A DNA stretch of 64,000 nucleotides from an uncultured Chloroflexia bacterium (GTDB taxonomy: Bacteria > Chloroflexota > Limnocylindria > Limnocylindrales > CSP1-4): positions 2,400,001-2,464,000 of the forward strand of contig CAWHDR010000001.1 of assembly GCA_963828165.1 (NCBI GenBank), read 5' to 3'. Shown piece by piece: positions 9,788-21,374 of the stretch. A model generated the notes under the pieces. The model was not told the origin of the DNA, searched no databases, and saw nothing but the letters and a program-made list of their open reading frames with translations. Within the stretch, counting starts at the first letter, position 1. Every line of letters begins with the position of its first letter. Both the position numbers and the translations under genes were made by a program.

Positions 9788-10662
9788 CGATCGACCCGGC
9801 CGAGGTGCGCGCCACGCTGCGTGCCGCCGGCCTGCGCGCCCGCCACTCGCTGTCGCAGAACTTCCTGGCCGACACGGACGTGCTGTCCCAGATCCTCGAG
9901 GCCGCCGATCCGGAGGCCGGCGGGCGCGTGCTCGAGATCGGGCCGGGGCTCGGGCTCCTGACCGCCGGGCTGCTGGACGCCGGTGCCACCGTGACGGCCG
10001 TCGAGCTGGACCGGGGTCTCGCCAGGTTCCTGCAGGAGCGCTTCGAGCCGGCGCTCGAGGAGGCTCGGCTCCGGCTCATCGAGGGCGATGCGCTCGACCA
10101 GGATCTCGTCAACCTCGTGGAGCCGCCCTACGACGTCGTCGCGAACCTGCCGTACCACATCACGAGCCCGATCCTGCACGCGCTGCTGGGCACGCCACCC
10201 CGGCCGCGGCGGCTCGTGCTCATGGTCCAGCGGGAGGTCGCGGAGCGGATCGCGGCCCCGCCCGGGAAGATGAGCTACCTCTCGGTATTCGTGCAGTACC
10301 ACGCTCGCGTGCGTGTCGCGTTCCGCGTGCCGCCCGAGGCCTTCGAGCCCGAGCCCGCCGTAGAATCGGCGGTCATCGTCGTCGAGCCGTTCGCCGCGGA
10401 CGATCGACTCTCGCCCGAGGAGGAGGACCAGCTGTGGCGGCTGGTCCAGGCGGCGTTCCGCGAGCGGCGGAAGATGCTCCACAACGTGCTTGCCCGCCAG
10501 CTCCCCTTCGACGCGGCGCGCGTGGCCGCGGCCCTCGAAACGGCCGGCATCGCCGCGGACCGGCGTCCCCAGACGGTGGCCGTGGGGGAGTGGCTCGCCC
10601 TCAAGGACGCGCTGGGACCGATCGGCGCGGACTGGCGCGGCCGTAAGTCCGGGGATGGGTAG
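9784..10662 (+). CDS. rsmA: 16S rRNA adenine dimethyltransferase (KsgA)
   Basis: SQNFL, VLEIGPGLG, ANLPYHIT, MVQREVAER; GTG overlapping the tsaD stop. Confidence 0.96.
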   Translation: MTIDPAEVRATLRAAGLRARHSLSQNFLADTDVLSQILEAADPEAGGRVLEIGPGLGLLTAGLLDAGATVTAVELDRGLARFLQERFEPALEEARLRLIEGDALDQDLVNLVEPPYDVVANLPYHITSPILHALLGTPPRPRRLVLMVQREVAERIAAPPGKMSYLSVFVQYHARVRVAFRVPPEAFEPEPAVESAVIVVEPFAADDRLSPEEEDQLWRLVQAAFRERRKMLHNVLARQLPFDAARVAAALETAGIAADRRPQTVAVGEWLALKDALGPIGADWRGRKSGDG

Positions 10663-10668
10663 GCCGCC

Positions 10669-11655
10669 GTGCCCGATGCGCACCTGACGCCGATCATCCG
10701 GCTCGCGCCGGCGAAGCTCAACCTGACGCTGGCCGTCGTGGGACGACGTGAAGACGGGTTTCACGACCTGCACTCGGTGTTCGTTCCGCTCGCGCTCGCC
10801 GACCGGCTGAGCCTGGCACCGGCGAGGGCCGACGCGGGTGAAGACACGCTGCATGTGACCGGGTTCGACGCCGGCCCGGTGGAGGACAACCTCGTCCTGC
10901 GCGCGATCGCGGCGGCGCGGGCAGCCGTGGGGGAGGGACCCGGTCGTCCGGCCACGCCTGCCCTTGCCGCCCGTCTCGAGAAGCACATCCCGGTCGCGGC
11001 CGGGCTCGGTGGCGGCTCGTCGGACGCGGCCGCCGCCTTCGATGGCGCGCTCGAAGCGTGGGGCGCCGAGCTCGACTTCGAGCGTCGCCTGCAAGCGGCG
11101 GCTTCGATCGGATCCGACGTGCCGTTCTTCCTGCGCGGCGTCCCGGCGCTCGTCGAGGGACGGGGGGAGCGCCTCACGCCGCTCAAGGGCGTGCACGGAC
11201 ATCCGGGCATCCTGCTGGTGACCCCGTCGATCGCGGTTCGGACGCCGGACGTGTTCTCCGTCTTCGATGGGATCCGCGGGTCGGGCGATGGCTCGATCCG
11301 GATGTCGTCGGAGCACCTGGCGCAGGAGCTGGGCAACGGCTTGTCGGGGACGGACCTGATCGCCCGAGCCGGGGTCCTCGCCTCAGCCAACGACCTGCTG
11401 CCGGCCGCGCTCCTCGTGGCGCCGGGACTCGTGGGCGTCAAGCGCGCGCTCACGCGGACGCTGACGCGAGCCGTCGGGCTGAGCGGGTCCGGACCGACCC
11501 TGTGGACGCTCTATCCTTCGCTCGCAGAGGCGCAGGCAGCCGCCGAGGTTGCCGAAGCGGCGGTTGCAGCCGGCACGATCCCATCCCTCGGCGACGGATC
11601 ACCATCGATCATCGCCACGACCATCCGGACCGGACACGAGGAGCCCACGCCATGA
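10669..11655 (+). CDS. ispE: 4-diphosphocytidyl-2-C-methyl-D-erythritol kinase
   Basis: APAKLNL, KHIPVAAGLGGGSSDAAA, GSDVPFF, LSGSGPT. Confidence 0.95.
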   Translation: MPDAHLTPIIRLAPAKLNLTLAVVGRREDGFHDLHSVFVPLALADRLSLAPARADAGEDTLHVTGFDAGPVEDNLVLRAIAAARAAVGEGPGRPATPALAARLEKHIPVAAGLGGGSSDAAAAFDGALEAWGAELDFERRLQAAASIGSDVPFFLRGVPALVEGRGERLTPLKGVHGHPGILLVTPSIAVRTPDVFSVFDGIRGSGDGSIRMSSEHLAQELGNGLSGTDLIARAGVLASANDLLPAALLVAPGLVGVKRALTRTLTRAVGLSGSGPTLWTLYPSLAEAQAAAEVAEAAVAAGTIPSLGDGSPSIIATTIRTGHEEPTP

Positions 11656-12035
11656 CCCGCCAGGCCGTCTCGACGAGCAGTGCCCCCGCCGCCATCGGCC
11701 CCTACAGCCAGGGCATCGCGAGCGGCGACCTCGTGTTCTGCTCCGGCCAGCTCGGCCTGGATCCGGCGACCGGCGAGATAGTCGAAGGCGGCGTGGAGGC
11801 CCAGGCCGAACGCGCGCTGCGCAATCTCGGAGCCGTGCTCGATGCCGCGGGCGTCGGCATGAACGACCTCGTGAAGACCACGCTCTTCCTCGCGAACATC
11901 GATGACTTCGCGGCCGTCAACGCGGTCTACGCCAAGTTCATGCCCGAGCCGCCGCCGGCGCGCTCCACGTTCGCCGTGGGTGCGCTCCCGAAGGGCGGCC
12001 TGATCGAAATCGAGGCCATCGCGCGACGCTCCTAG
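11652..12035 (+). CDS. ridA: RidA/YjgF family reactive-intermediate deaminase
   Basis: APAAIGPYSQG, SGQLG, VNAVY, PARST, LPKGGLIEIEAIA. Confidence 0.94.
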   Translation: MTRQAVSTSSAPAAIGPYSQGIASGDLVFCSGQLGLDPATGEIVEGGVEAQAERALRNLGAVLDAAGVGMNDLVKTTLFLANIDDFAAVNAVYAKFMPEPPPARSTFAVGALPKGGLIEIEAIARRS

Positions 12036-12132
12036 CGGTCGCATCAAGGCTGGCGCGCAGCTGTCCGATTCCCCTCCGTAGCGCGTTACCGAAGCAGAGG
12101 GATGAACCTCACCCGACGCTGACGGAGATCCG

Positions 12133-12708
12133 ATGGAAGACGCGGCCACGCTGGCGACCGAGCGGGATGTTCCGGCCGGCGAGCGGGACGAGGAGCTGGC
12201 GCTCGCGGCGCGGTCCGATCCGGCCGCCTTCGGCATCCTCTACGCACGCCACCGGCTCGCGGTCTTTCGATACCTTCGGACTCGCACCAGCAGCGAGGAT
12301 CAGGCCGCCGAGCTGACAGCCGTCGCGTTCGAGCGGGCGCTCAGCGCGATGCCGCGTTACCGCTCGACAGGTGGTGGGTTCCTGGCCTGGCTCCTACGGA
12401 TCGCCCGGAACGCGGCGATTGATGCCGGGCGTCGCGCCTCGGCCATCCCGCTCGACGCCGACCTGCCGGACGAGCGCCATGCCAACGCGCCCGAGGCGGC
12501 GATTCTCGCCAGCGAGGCGCGCGCCACGCTCGTGGCGGCCATCAACCGCCTGCCCGAGGTCCAGCGTGAGGCCATCGCTCTCCGTTATGCCGCCCGTCTG
12601 ACCGCGCGCGAGATCGGAGAAGTCCTCGGCAAGACGGACCAGGCGACCCAGAAGCTCATCAGCCGTGCTCTCGAGACCATCAGGGAGTCCTACCGTGTCG
12701 ACCGCTGA
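12133..12708 (+). CDS. ECF sigma-70 factor
   Basis: AFGILY...AWLLRIARN (region 2) and LPEVQREAIALRY...EIGEVLGK (region 4). Confidence 0.92.
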   Translation: MEDAATLATERDVPAGERDEELALAARSDPAAFGILYARHRLAVFRYLRTRTSSEDQAAELTAVAFERALSAMPRYRSTGGGFLAWLLRIARNAAIDAGRRASAIPLDADLPDERHANAPEAAILASEARATLVAAINRLPEVQREAIALRYAARLTAREIGEVLGKTDQATQKLISRALETIRESYRVDR

Positions 12709-13704
12709 CGCTCGCATCCCAAATCTCGCCCCGCCTGACCGGCTCGAGGCCGACCTCGTCGCGCTATTCGCGGTCCAGCCCCAGGGCGGCGTCCTCGATC
12801 GACTCGACGAACGGATCGAGCTCACGCTTCGGGCCTGGAAGCCGACGACGACCCGCGGCCTCTTCGTGCGTTGGCGTCGGGTTGGACTGATCAGCCTCGT
12901 CGCGGCCACCTTCGTCCTCGGCGGCGCGACCGGCAGCCTCCAGAGCCTGTACTTCTTCCTCGCGGGTCCGTTCGACGTGCCCTGGCATCGCGGCGAGGAG
13001 ATCGGCCTGTCACAGACGGTCAACGGCTACACCGTGACGATCGACCGCGCCTACGCGGATGCGGCTCGTCTGGCCCTGGCGATCTCAGTCGTGGACGAGC
13101 AGGAGCGACCGGGAACGACCCAGATCATGGCGTTTTCCACGATCGTGACCGACCAGGACGGTGAGTACGAGTCCGGCGGCGGCGCCACGTCCAGGCCGGA
13201 CGGCGCGTTCGCAGCCGTCAACGTCGCCTGGAAGCAGCCTGCGGTGCTACCCCTTCCCGCCGGACCGCGCCGATTGCACGTCGTGCTGCCGTTCATCATG
13301 GTCCGTGACGACACGATGCCGCCGCAGAAACGGATGCGGATGCGAACGAATGGACTCCGTGGCACCGAGTGGCCGGTCCGTGGACCTTCGATTTCGAAGT
13401 GATCGTGGATGGCGGCACGACGGTCACCCCGAACGCGATCGCCGAGGTCGATGGCGTCCGGGTCACCGTTCCGCGCCTGATCGCCGCCTCGAATATCGTG
13501 CGGGTCGAGATGCGGATCGACGGCGATCTCCCTCCTGGTGATTGGACACCCATCGGCGAGGTCAGGCATCGGAACAAGGTCCTGCCCTTTGTCGTCGGCG
13601 ACCTGGACGCCGGGCCTGACGGGATGCTCGCCTTCATGACCGACGGTGGCGTGCCGAACGCATCCGGCGAATGGACCGTGACCGTCAAGGAGCTGATCCG
13701 GTGA
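12695..13704 (+). CDS. Putative membrane-anchored anti-sigma factor (DUF4179-like), one frameshift near 13330
   Basis: Overlaps the sigma stop; one TM segment; SQTVNGYTVTIDRAYAD repeat-like beta domains; reading continues in ORF 13369-13704 (GPWTFDFEV). Confidence 0.65.
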
Positions 13705-13788
13705 GCGGGGACGAGCGGCTGGCCGGCCCATGGGTACTGAAGTTCAGGGCTCCGTAGCGGACAGGCAGCCTCCGCAGGAGCCCCACCC

Positions 13789-13957
13789 GTCAGCCTCAGG
13801 CACCATTCGCCTACAAAGGTGCAGGACCGGCGAGCGCACGTCACCCCCAGGCACCATCGGGGCACAGCCGTGCACGATCGATCGCTCAGGCGGGCCGAAT
13901 CGCCCTACCAAGCGGTCGATCACGCGGATCTGTCGGTAAATCGTGCCTGAGGGTGAC
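13789..13957. repeat. 169-bp intergenic element, copy A (direct-direct-inverted 41-bp units)
   Basis: Units start at 13789 and 13840 on +, and 13957 on -; consensus GTCAS-N3-CAGGCAC-N9-ACA-N5-GCRYGAYCG; gapless match to 19019-19187. Confidence 0.85.
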
Positions 13958-13986
13958 ACGACCCCGCCGCGCGCGGCCCCTCACGC

Positions 13987-14016
13987 TTGACGGTCCCGGC
14001 GGGCCGCCCATACCAT
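13987..14016 (+). promoter_or_regulatory. Putative sigma70 promoter for glmU
   Basis: TTGACG-N18-TACCAT upstream of glmU. Confidence 0.55.
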
Positions 14017-14107
14017 CCGGGCTCCATCTGATGACACTCCTCCTCCGCCCGTCGGGCACCGCATGCAGCGCGGGCAAGCATCGCCCCGCGCACGCCCGAC
14101 GCCGCGC

Positions 14108-15588
14108 ATGAACCCTCCAAGTCCCGAGCCCATGCCTGGGCAAGCCGGCCGAACCACCGCCGTGGTCCTCGCGGCGGGTCTGGGCACGCGCATGAAGTCC
14201 GCGCATCCCAAGGTGCTGCACCCGCTGTGCGGCCGCCCGATGCTGGCCTACGTCCTCGATGCGTGGCACGAAGTCGCCGCAGCCGCCGGCACGACCCCCA
14301 CCAGACCGGTCATCGTCTATTCCCCGGCGGTCGAGGCCATCCGCGACGTCTTCACCGACCGCGCCGACTTCGCGCTCCAGGACGAACCCCGCGGCACCGG
14401 TGACGCCGTTCGCGCCGCGATCTCCGCGGTCCCCGACGACGCCACCGAGATCCTGATCCTGTCGGGCGACGTCCCGCTCATCGCGGCCAGCGATCTCGAC
14501 GCGATCCTCGAGGCTCGTCGCCAGGACGACGCGGCCATTGCCCTGGCCACGGTCTTCGCCGCGGACCCGGCCGAGCTCGGTCGCATCGTCCGCAGCGAGT
14601 TCGGCATCGTGGAGGCGATCGTCGAGTTCAAGGATGCCGACGAGGACCAGCTTGCCAACAACGAGATCAACTCGGGGCTGTACGCGTTCGATGCCGCTTG
14701 GCTGCGCCGCCGCCTCGAATCACTGGAGCCGTCGCCCACGACCGGCGAGCTGTACCTGACCGAGCTCGTCCGCCTCGCCCGCGAGGACGGCCGACTCGTC
14801 ACGGCCGTCGCCTTCGAGGACGACGGGCGCTTCGATGGCATCAACGACCGGTCGCAGCTCGCCGCCGCCGAGTGGAACCTGCGCGTGCGGCGCAACGAGG
14901 AGCACATGCGCGGGGGCGTCACGATGCGTGACCCGTCGACGGTCTACCTCGATTGGGACGTCACGCTCGCCCCTGACGTCACCCTCGAGCCGAACGTGAT
15001 CCTGCGCGGCAGGACCTCGGTGGGGGAGGGGACCGTGATCGGGGCGGGCAGCCAGATCATCGACAGCCAGATCGGCGCGCGGTCGCGCGTGTGGGCATCG
15101 ATCATCGAGTCCTCCGTCATCGAGGACGAGGCGACCGTTGGCCCGATGAGCCACCTGCGGCCGGGCAGCGTCGTCGGCCGTGGCGCCGAGGTGGGCAACT
15201 TTGCCGAGCTCAAGAACGCTCGCATCGGCGCCGGCAGCAAGCAGCACCACATGAGCTACCTCGGCGACGCCGAGCTCGGCGAAGGGGTCAATGTCGGCGC
15301 CGGCACGATCACCGCGAACTACGACGGCACGAACAAGTACCGAACGACGATCGGCGACGGCGCGTTCCTGGGCGTCGACACGATGATCGTCGCGCCCCGG
15401 GACATCGGGAAGGGTGCCAAGACAGGCGCCGGAGCCGTCGTCACGAAGGACGTCCCGGCCGGCAAGCTGGCGGTCGGCATGCCCGCGCGGATCCGCGAGC
15501 CACGCGTGAAACCCGCCGCGGACACGGATCCAGTCGCCGACTCGGACCCGGCCGACCCATCGGAACCCGCAGCCGGTGACGCGTCGTA

Positions 15589-15589
<1 letters not shown>
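14108..15589 (+). CDS. glmU: Bifunctional UDP-GlcNAc pyrophosphorylase/glucosamine-1-phosphate acetyltransferase (start 14108 or 14132)
   Basis: LAAGLGTRMKS..PKVLH, GTGDAV, GELYLTE, hexapeptide repeats, HMSYLGDA, NVGAGTITANYDG. Confidence 0.97.
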
Positions 15590-16926
<1,337 letters not shown>

Positions 16927-16947
16927 AGAGCGGTCAGACGGGCCTGA

Positions 16948-17973
16948 TCAGGCCGAGATCACCCCGACGATGATCTCCTGGAGCCGCGCCCGGGCCGCCG
17001 GCTGGACCACGCCCGCGGCATCGAGCTCCGCGAGCGCCTCGTCCCGGTAGCGGCGCGCCTGGTCGCGGGTGTAGTCGCGCGCGCCGACGCGCTCGAGGAT
17101 CTGCACGATCTCGGTCAGCTCCGTTGCCGTGGCTTCCGCCTTCGAGTAGATCTCGAGCAGCCGGGCGCGGTCCTCGGGGCCGGCGTGCTCGACCGCGTAG
17201 ATGACCGGCAGCGTCTTCTTCTTGTGCGCGACGTCGGACGGCTCCTTGCCGGTCGCCTGCTCGGCGCCCCAGATGCCCAGGAGGTCGTCGTTGATCTGGA
17301 AGGCGAGCCCGAGGGCCCAGCCGAACCGGCGATAGCGCGTGATGACCGCCTCGTCGTCCGTGGCGAGGAGGGCACCGGCCTCGATCGAGCCGGCGATGAG
17401 CGCCGCCGTCTTGCGCCCGATCATGTCGAGATACCGCTCGACCGACATCAGCTGGTCCGATTCGCTCGTCGCGATGTCGATGTACTGGCCCTCGCACAGC
17501 GCCAGGCACGTCTCGTCGTACAGGCGCATCAGCCGTAGGACCTTGGCGTCGGAGAAACCGAGATCGGTCAGCCGATGGAGGGCGATCCGCGACAGGCTGA
17601 ACAGCGTGTCTCCGGCGTTGATGGCCTGGGGAACGCCGTAGATGCTCCACAGCGTCGCTCGATGGCGTCGCTCGCGGTCCCCGTCCTCGATGTCGTCGTG
17701 GACCAGGCTGAAGTTATGACCGAGCTCGACCGCGGCCGCGCCCGGCAGCGCCTTGCGGTGATCGCCCGCGATCGAGGCGTACGCCAGGAGCCCCAGGAGG
17801 GGACGGATCCGCTTGCCGCCGCTCGCGCCGGACCCATCGAGCGCAAGGTGGTAGCGGACCATCTCGTAGAGGCCGTGGGTGGAAGGATCGCGGTCCTGGA
17901 CCAGCCTGACGATCTCGCCTTCGGTGTCGGCGATGAGCTCGGCGAGGTCCAGCTCGGGGAGCGTCGTGGTCAT
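16948..17973 (-). CDS. Polyprenyl (geranylgeranyl) diphosphate synthase
   Basis: GGKRIRP, FSLVHDDIED (FARM), GQYIDI, KTAAL, AFQINDDLLG (SARM). Confidence 0.94.
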   Translation of the reverse strand: MTTTLPELDLAELIADTEGEIVRLVQDRDPSTHGLYEMVRYHLALDGSGASGGKRIRPLLGLLAYASIAGDHRKALPGAAAVELGHNFSLVHDDIEDGDRERRHRATLWSIYGVPQAINAGDTLFSLSRIALHRLTDLGFSDAKVLRLMRLYDETCLALCEGQYIDIATSESDQLMSVERYLDMIGRKTAALIAGSIEAGALLATDDEAVITRYRRFGWALGLAFQINDDLLGIWGAEQATGKEPSDVAHKKKTLPVIYAVEHAGPEDRARLLEIYSKAEATATELTEIVQILERVGARDYTRDQARRYRDEALAELDAAGVVQPAARARLQEIIVGVISA

Positions 17974-18212
17974 CGTGGCGCCAGTGTACACGAAACGTGT
18001 TCGCTGGCGGTAGCCTGTTGACCGCCCGGCCGGGTGCGAGCCGCGCCAGGCGCCACGCGACGGGCCGCGAACCGCAGGCACGCGACAACGACGCCGGCGC
18101 GGGGGACGCGACCGCACCGGCGTCTAACAATGAGGTACGCGCGGAAGCCTCGCACGGATGAGTCGGGCGCCAGCGACCCCTCTGCGAGCCCCGTGCTACC
18201 GTCGCTGGCGAG

Positions 18213-18986
18213 ATGCCCGCACCCCGCCGCTACACCACCGAGGCCATCGTGCTCTCACGCTTCGACCTGGGGGAGGCGGACCGGGTCCTGACCCTGATCA
18301 CCCCCGGCGGCGGCAAGCTGAAGGCGATCGCCAAGGGCGTGCGGCGGACGACCTCTCGGCTCGGTGGCAGCCTGGAGCCGTTCGCGGAGCTGACCGTGTC
18401 GCTCGCTCGGGGCCGCACGTTCGAGGTCGTCACCCAGGTCAGCGTCGGCCATGCCTGGCTGAACCTGCGCGACTCCCTGGAGAGTGCCGCCACCGCCTGG
18501 TATCTGGCCGAGCTCGCGGATCGCAGTCTCGAGGAGCGCCACGCCGCCGAGCCGCTGTACGCGCTCCTGCGCCGCGCCTACGAATTGCTCGATGCGGGCA
18601 TGGCGCCCGGTCGGGTCGCGCGCTGGTACGAGATGCACCTGCTCGACGAGCTTGGCATGCGCCCCGAGGTCGATCGCTGCGTCGAGTGCGACCGCATGCT
18701 CGAGGCGGAGGAGCGCTTTCGCTGGGTGCCGCCACTCGGCGGTGTCATCTGCCAGCGATGTCCCGGGCCGCCGCACGAGCGCACCGGCCTCACCCTCGAG
18801 GGACTGAAGCTGCTCAAGGCGTACCAGCGTCTCGACATCGAGGCCCTCGCCGAGCTCCGCCTGGCCGTGGCGGTGGAGCGCGAGGTCGAGACGGCCCTGC
18901 GCGACTTCGTGGGCCAGGCCCTCGAGCGGCAGGCCCGCTCGCTCGCCTTCCTCGACGAGGTCCGCCACGCCCCGCTGGCGCGCTGA
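18213..18986 (+). CDS. recO: DNA repair protein RecO
   Basis: EAIVL...GEADRVLTL..KAIAKGVRR, LEPF, C4 Zn motif CVEC...CQRC. Confidence 0.96.
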   Translation: MPAPRRYTTEAIVLSRFDLGEADRVLTLITPGGGKLKAIAKGVRRTTSRLGGSLEPFAELTVSLARGRTFEVVTQVSVGHAWLNLRDSLESAATAWYLAELADRSLEERHAAEPLYALLRRAYELLDAGMAPGRVARWYEMHLLDELGMRPEVDRCVECDRMLEAEERFRWVPPLGGVICQRCPGPPHERTGLTLEGLKLLKAYQRLDIEALAELRLAVAVEREVETALRDFVGQALERQARSLAFLDEVRHAPLAR

Positions 18987-19018
18987 CCGCACTCGGCGGC
19001 CCTCTCGACCGACCCGGC

Positions 19019-19187
19019 GTCACTACCAGGCACGAAAACCGTACATGTCAGCGTGATCGCACGGCTGCCGTCACCACCAGGCACGCTGATGGCACAAACG
19101 AGCGTGACCCGTCACTCATGTGGTCCCGGATCGCCTACGAAGCGATCGATCACGATGGACGATGCCGGATCGGTGCCTGGGGCTGAC
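19019..19187. repeat. 169-bp intergenic element, copy B
   Basis: Units start at 19019 and 19070 on +, and 19187 on -; same length and spacing as copy A; about 101/169 identical by manual gapless count. Confidence 0.85.
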
Positions 19188-19207
19188 GTTGCGCGGCGGG
19201 AACGCAA

Positions 19208-20488
19208 CTAGATGAGCGGCGCGATCAGGGCCGCCGCGCGCGCCGCCCCGTCCGTCTCGACCGGGCGGTAGTCCACCGGCCGATCGATCTCCGCGGCGAT
19301 GGCCTCCGCGATGACCTCGGGCGGGGAGGCGGCGTACTCCATGTAGCGCCCGGCCCCGTATCGCTCCAATCGATGCCGGACGTGCCGGTTCTGCTCGAAG
19401 TGGTCGCGCAGCGGGAAGTACAGGAACGGCCGGCGCGCGGCCGCCAGCTCCATCGTCGTCGTCAGCCCGCCCTGTACGACCGCCAGGTCGCAGGCCGCCA
19501 GGTGCCGGTACAGGTCGGGGACGAAGGCGCGGACCTCAACCCCGGCGACCGCCCCCAGCGACGCGGGGTCGATGCGCGGTCCGGCGACCGCGATCATGCG
19601 CAGGCCGTTGACGCGCCGCGCGGCATCGGGATAGCTGGCGATGACCCGTCGCAGGAGCGACTCGCCGACGCCCGAGCCACCGACCGTGACGATCACGACC
19701 CGCTCATCCGGCTGGTAGCCGAGCTCGCGGCGGAGTTCCTCGCGCCCTTCGATCAACGGGGTCGGATCGAACCCGGTGACGTAGCCGCTGAACTCGAAGT
19801 GCCGCTCGGTCCAGTCGCGGATGGGCCCGAGGCCAGGCCCGAAGTCGTCGGGCACGATGTCGTCGGGTTCGCCGACGAAGATCGAGCGGTCGCGGACGCG
19901 TGGGAAGCGCTCCACCTGTTCGATCATCTCGGCGTTGTAGTCGGACGTCAGGAACGCCTCGCGATCGCCGCCCGACGGCATCGGGAGCCAGCCGACGAAA
20001 TCGGTCATCCAGGCGAACGCCGTCCGCTTCAGCTCCGGGTTCTCGTGCAGGAAGTAGTCCACGTCCCAGGCCTCATCCCCGATCACGAGGTCGTACTCGC
20101 CGCTCTCGATCGCGTCGTGGAAGACCATGAAGTTCGCGACGAGGATCTCGTCCATGCGGCGGATCGCCTGGAACGCATTGAGGTCGTGCTCCGACGATTC
20201 GGCGGTGATGTGCGCGGATTCCGAGGCCAGCTCGGCGCTCAGCGGGTGGATGCGTTCACCGTGGGCCTCGAGCACGGTCGTGACCGGGCTCTGGGCGAGC
20301 CAATCGATCTCGATATCCGGCCGTAGCTTGCGGAGCTCGCCCGCGATCGCGACGTCGCGCTGTGCGTGGCCGAGGCCGATGGGGGAGGAGATGTAGAGCG
20401 CGCGACGCCGGCGGGCGAGTGCGCGGGTCCACGTTCGCGGCGTGCTTTGGGGGCTCGGAGCGTTCGATGGAGTCGATGGCGCGATCAC
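19208..20488 (-). CDS. GT-B glycosyltransferase-like protein (MurG/GT28-like)
   Basis: SSPIGLGHAQRD, VTVGGSGVG, DLAVVQGGLTTTMEL, HFEQ. Confidence 0.85.
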   Translation of the reverse strand: MIAPSTPSNAPSPQSTPRTWTRALARRRRALYISSPIGLGHAQRDVAIAGELRKLRPDIEIDWLAQSPVTTVLEAHGERIHPLSAELASESAHITAESSEHDLNAFQAIRRMDEILVANFMVFHDAIESGEYDLVIGDEAWDVDYFLHENPELKRTAFAWMTDFVGWLPMPSGGDREAFLTSDYNAEMIEQVERFPRVRDRSIFVGEPDDIVPDDFGPGLGPIRDWTERHFEFSGYVTGFDPTPLIEGREELRRELGYQPDERVVIVTVGGSGVGESLLRRVIASYPDAARRVNGLRMIAVAGPRIDPASLGAVAGVEVRAFVPDLYRHLAACDLAVVQGGLTTTMELAAARRPFLYFPLRDHFEQNRHVRHRLERYGAGRYMEYAASPPEVIAEAIAAEIDRPVDYRPVETDGAARAAALIAPLI

Positions 20489-21374
20489 TGGACCGTCTCC
20501 TGTGGGAGGGATCGGACGAAGTCACGGATGAGCAAGTTCGCGAGGATCGGATGGCGGGCCGGGATCATGTGGTCGGCGCCCTCGACTTCGACGAGTGGCG
20601 CGCCGGTCAGCTCGGACAGCCGCCGCGACCGCTCGACGGGCTGGCAGGTGTCCTCGGTCCCGTGGACGAGGAGCAGCGGGCAGCGAACGGCGCGGAGCGT
20701 CGCCAGGATGTCGTCGAGCTCGAAGTCCTGGGCGAGCAGGTTGTCGGCGATCATCGCGTCGATCGAGCCCTCGAGCGCCCACTCCACGGCGTCCTCGATC
20801 TGCTTGGTCGAATGGGGCTCGGAGGTGATCTCTTCGAAGAAGAACCGGGCGAAGCCCGCGTAGTCCCGACGAAAGTAGTGCTGGTTGACCTTCGCCCAGC
20901 CTTCGTCGGTCGGCAGCTCGTCCTCGAAGGACCACTGGACCTTGAACGGGTGCGGTGGCGCCATGCCCGGCACGCCGGCCGCGAAGGAGACGATGCCGGT
21001 GACACGCTCCGGCTTGGCCGCGGCCAGCTCGATCGCGCGCCAGACGCCATCGCTGCACAGTCCGACGAGGACTGCGGCCGGCGTTCCCGTGGCATCCATG
21101 ACGGCCTCGATATCGCCGACGCAGCCGCTCCTCGCGGTAGTCATCGGGTTCGGTCGGGCGGTCGGAGCGCCCGTTGCCGCGGCCGTCGAAGGCCACGACC
21201 CGGTGCTGCCGGCTGAAGTAGGGGACCTGGCCCTTCCACTGGCGCGAATGGACGATCGGCGTCGATGGGAGGAACACGATCGTCGGGTCGCCAGCGCCGA
21301 ACACTTCGTAGGCGATCCGCACGCCGTCGGCGACTGGTGGCGATGCCGGCCTCGGCCGGCTCGACCGCGCGCAT
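20485..21374 (-). CDS. Alpha/beta hydrolase 2 (frameshifts near 21330 and 21120)
   Basis: MRAVEP...DGVRIAYEVFG...FDGRGNGRSDRP joined across frames to VGLCSDG...VHGTED...GADH. Confidence 0.8.

Noticed and set aside
12102-12122. 6-codon ORF upstream of the ECF sigma as a leader peptide
   Set aside because: Too short to support and may be a frameshifted N-terminus of the sigma factor.
13789-13957. Possible mini-CRISPR array
   Set aside because: Only two direct units plus an inverted one, degenerate repeats, spacers partly conserved between loci, and no cas genes in the window.
13705-14060. tRNA upstream of glmU, as seen in some Actinobacteria
   Set aside because: No cloverleaf or GTTCRA T-loop recognised; the space is occupied by a hairpin, the 169-bp element and a promoter.
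18122-18128. GTCTAAC as an integron attC R'' box
   Set aside because: No matching GTTRRRY at a suitable distance, no cassette structure and no integrase.
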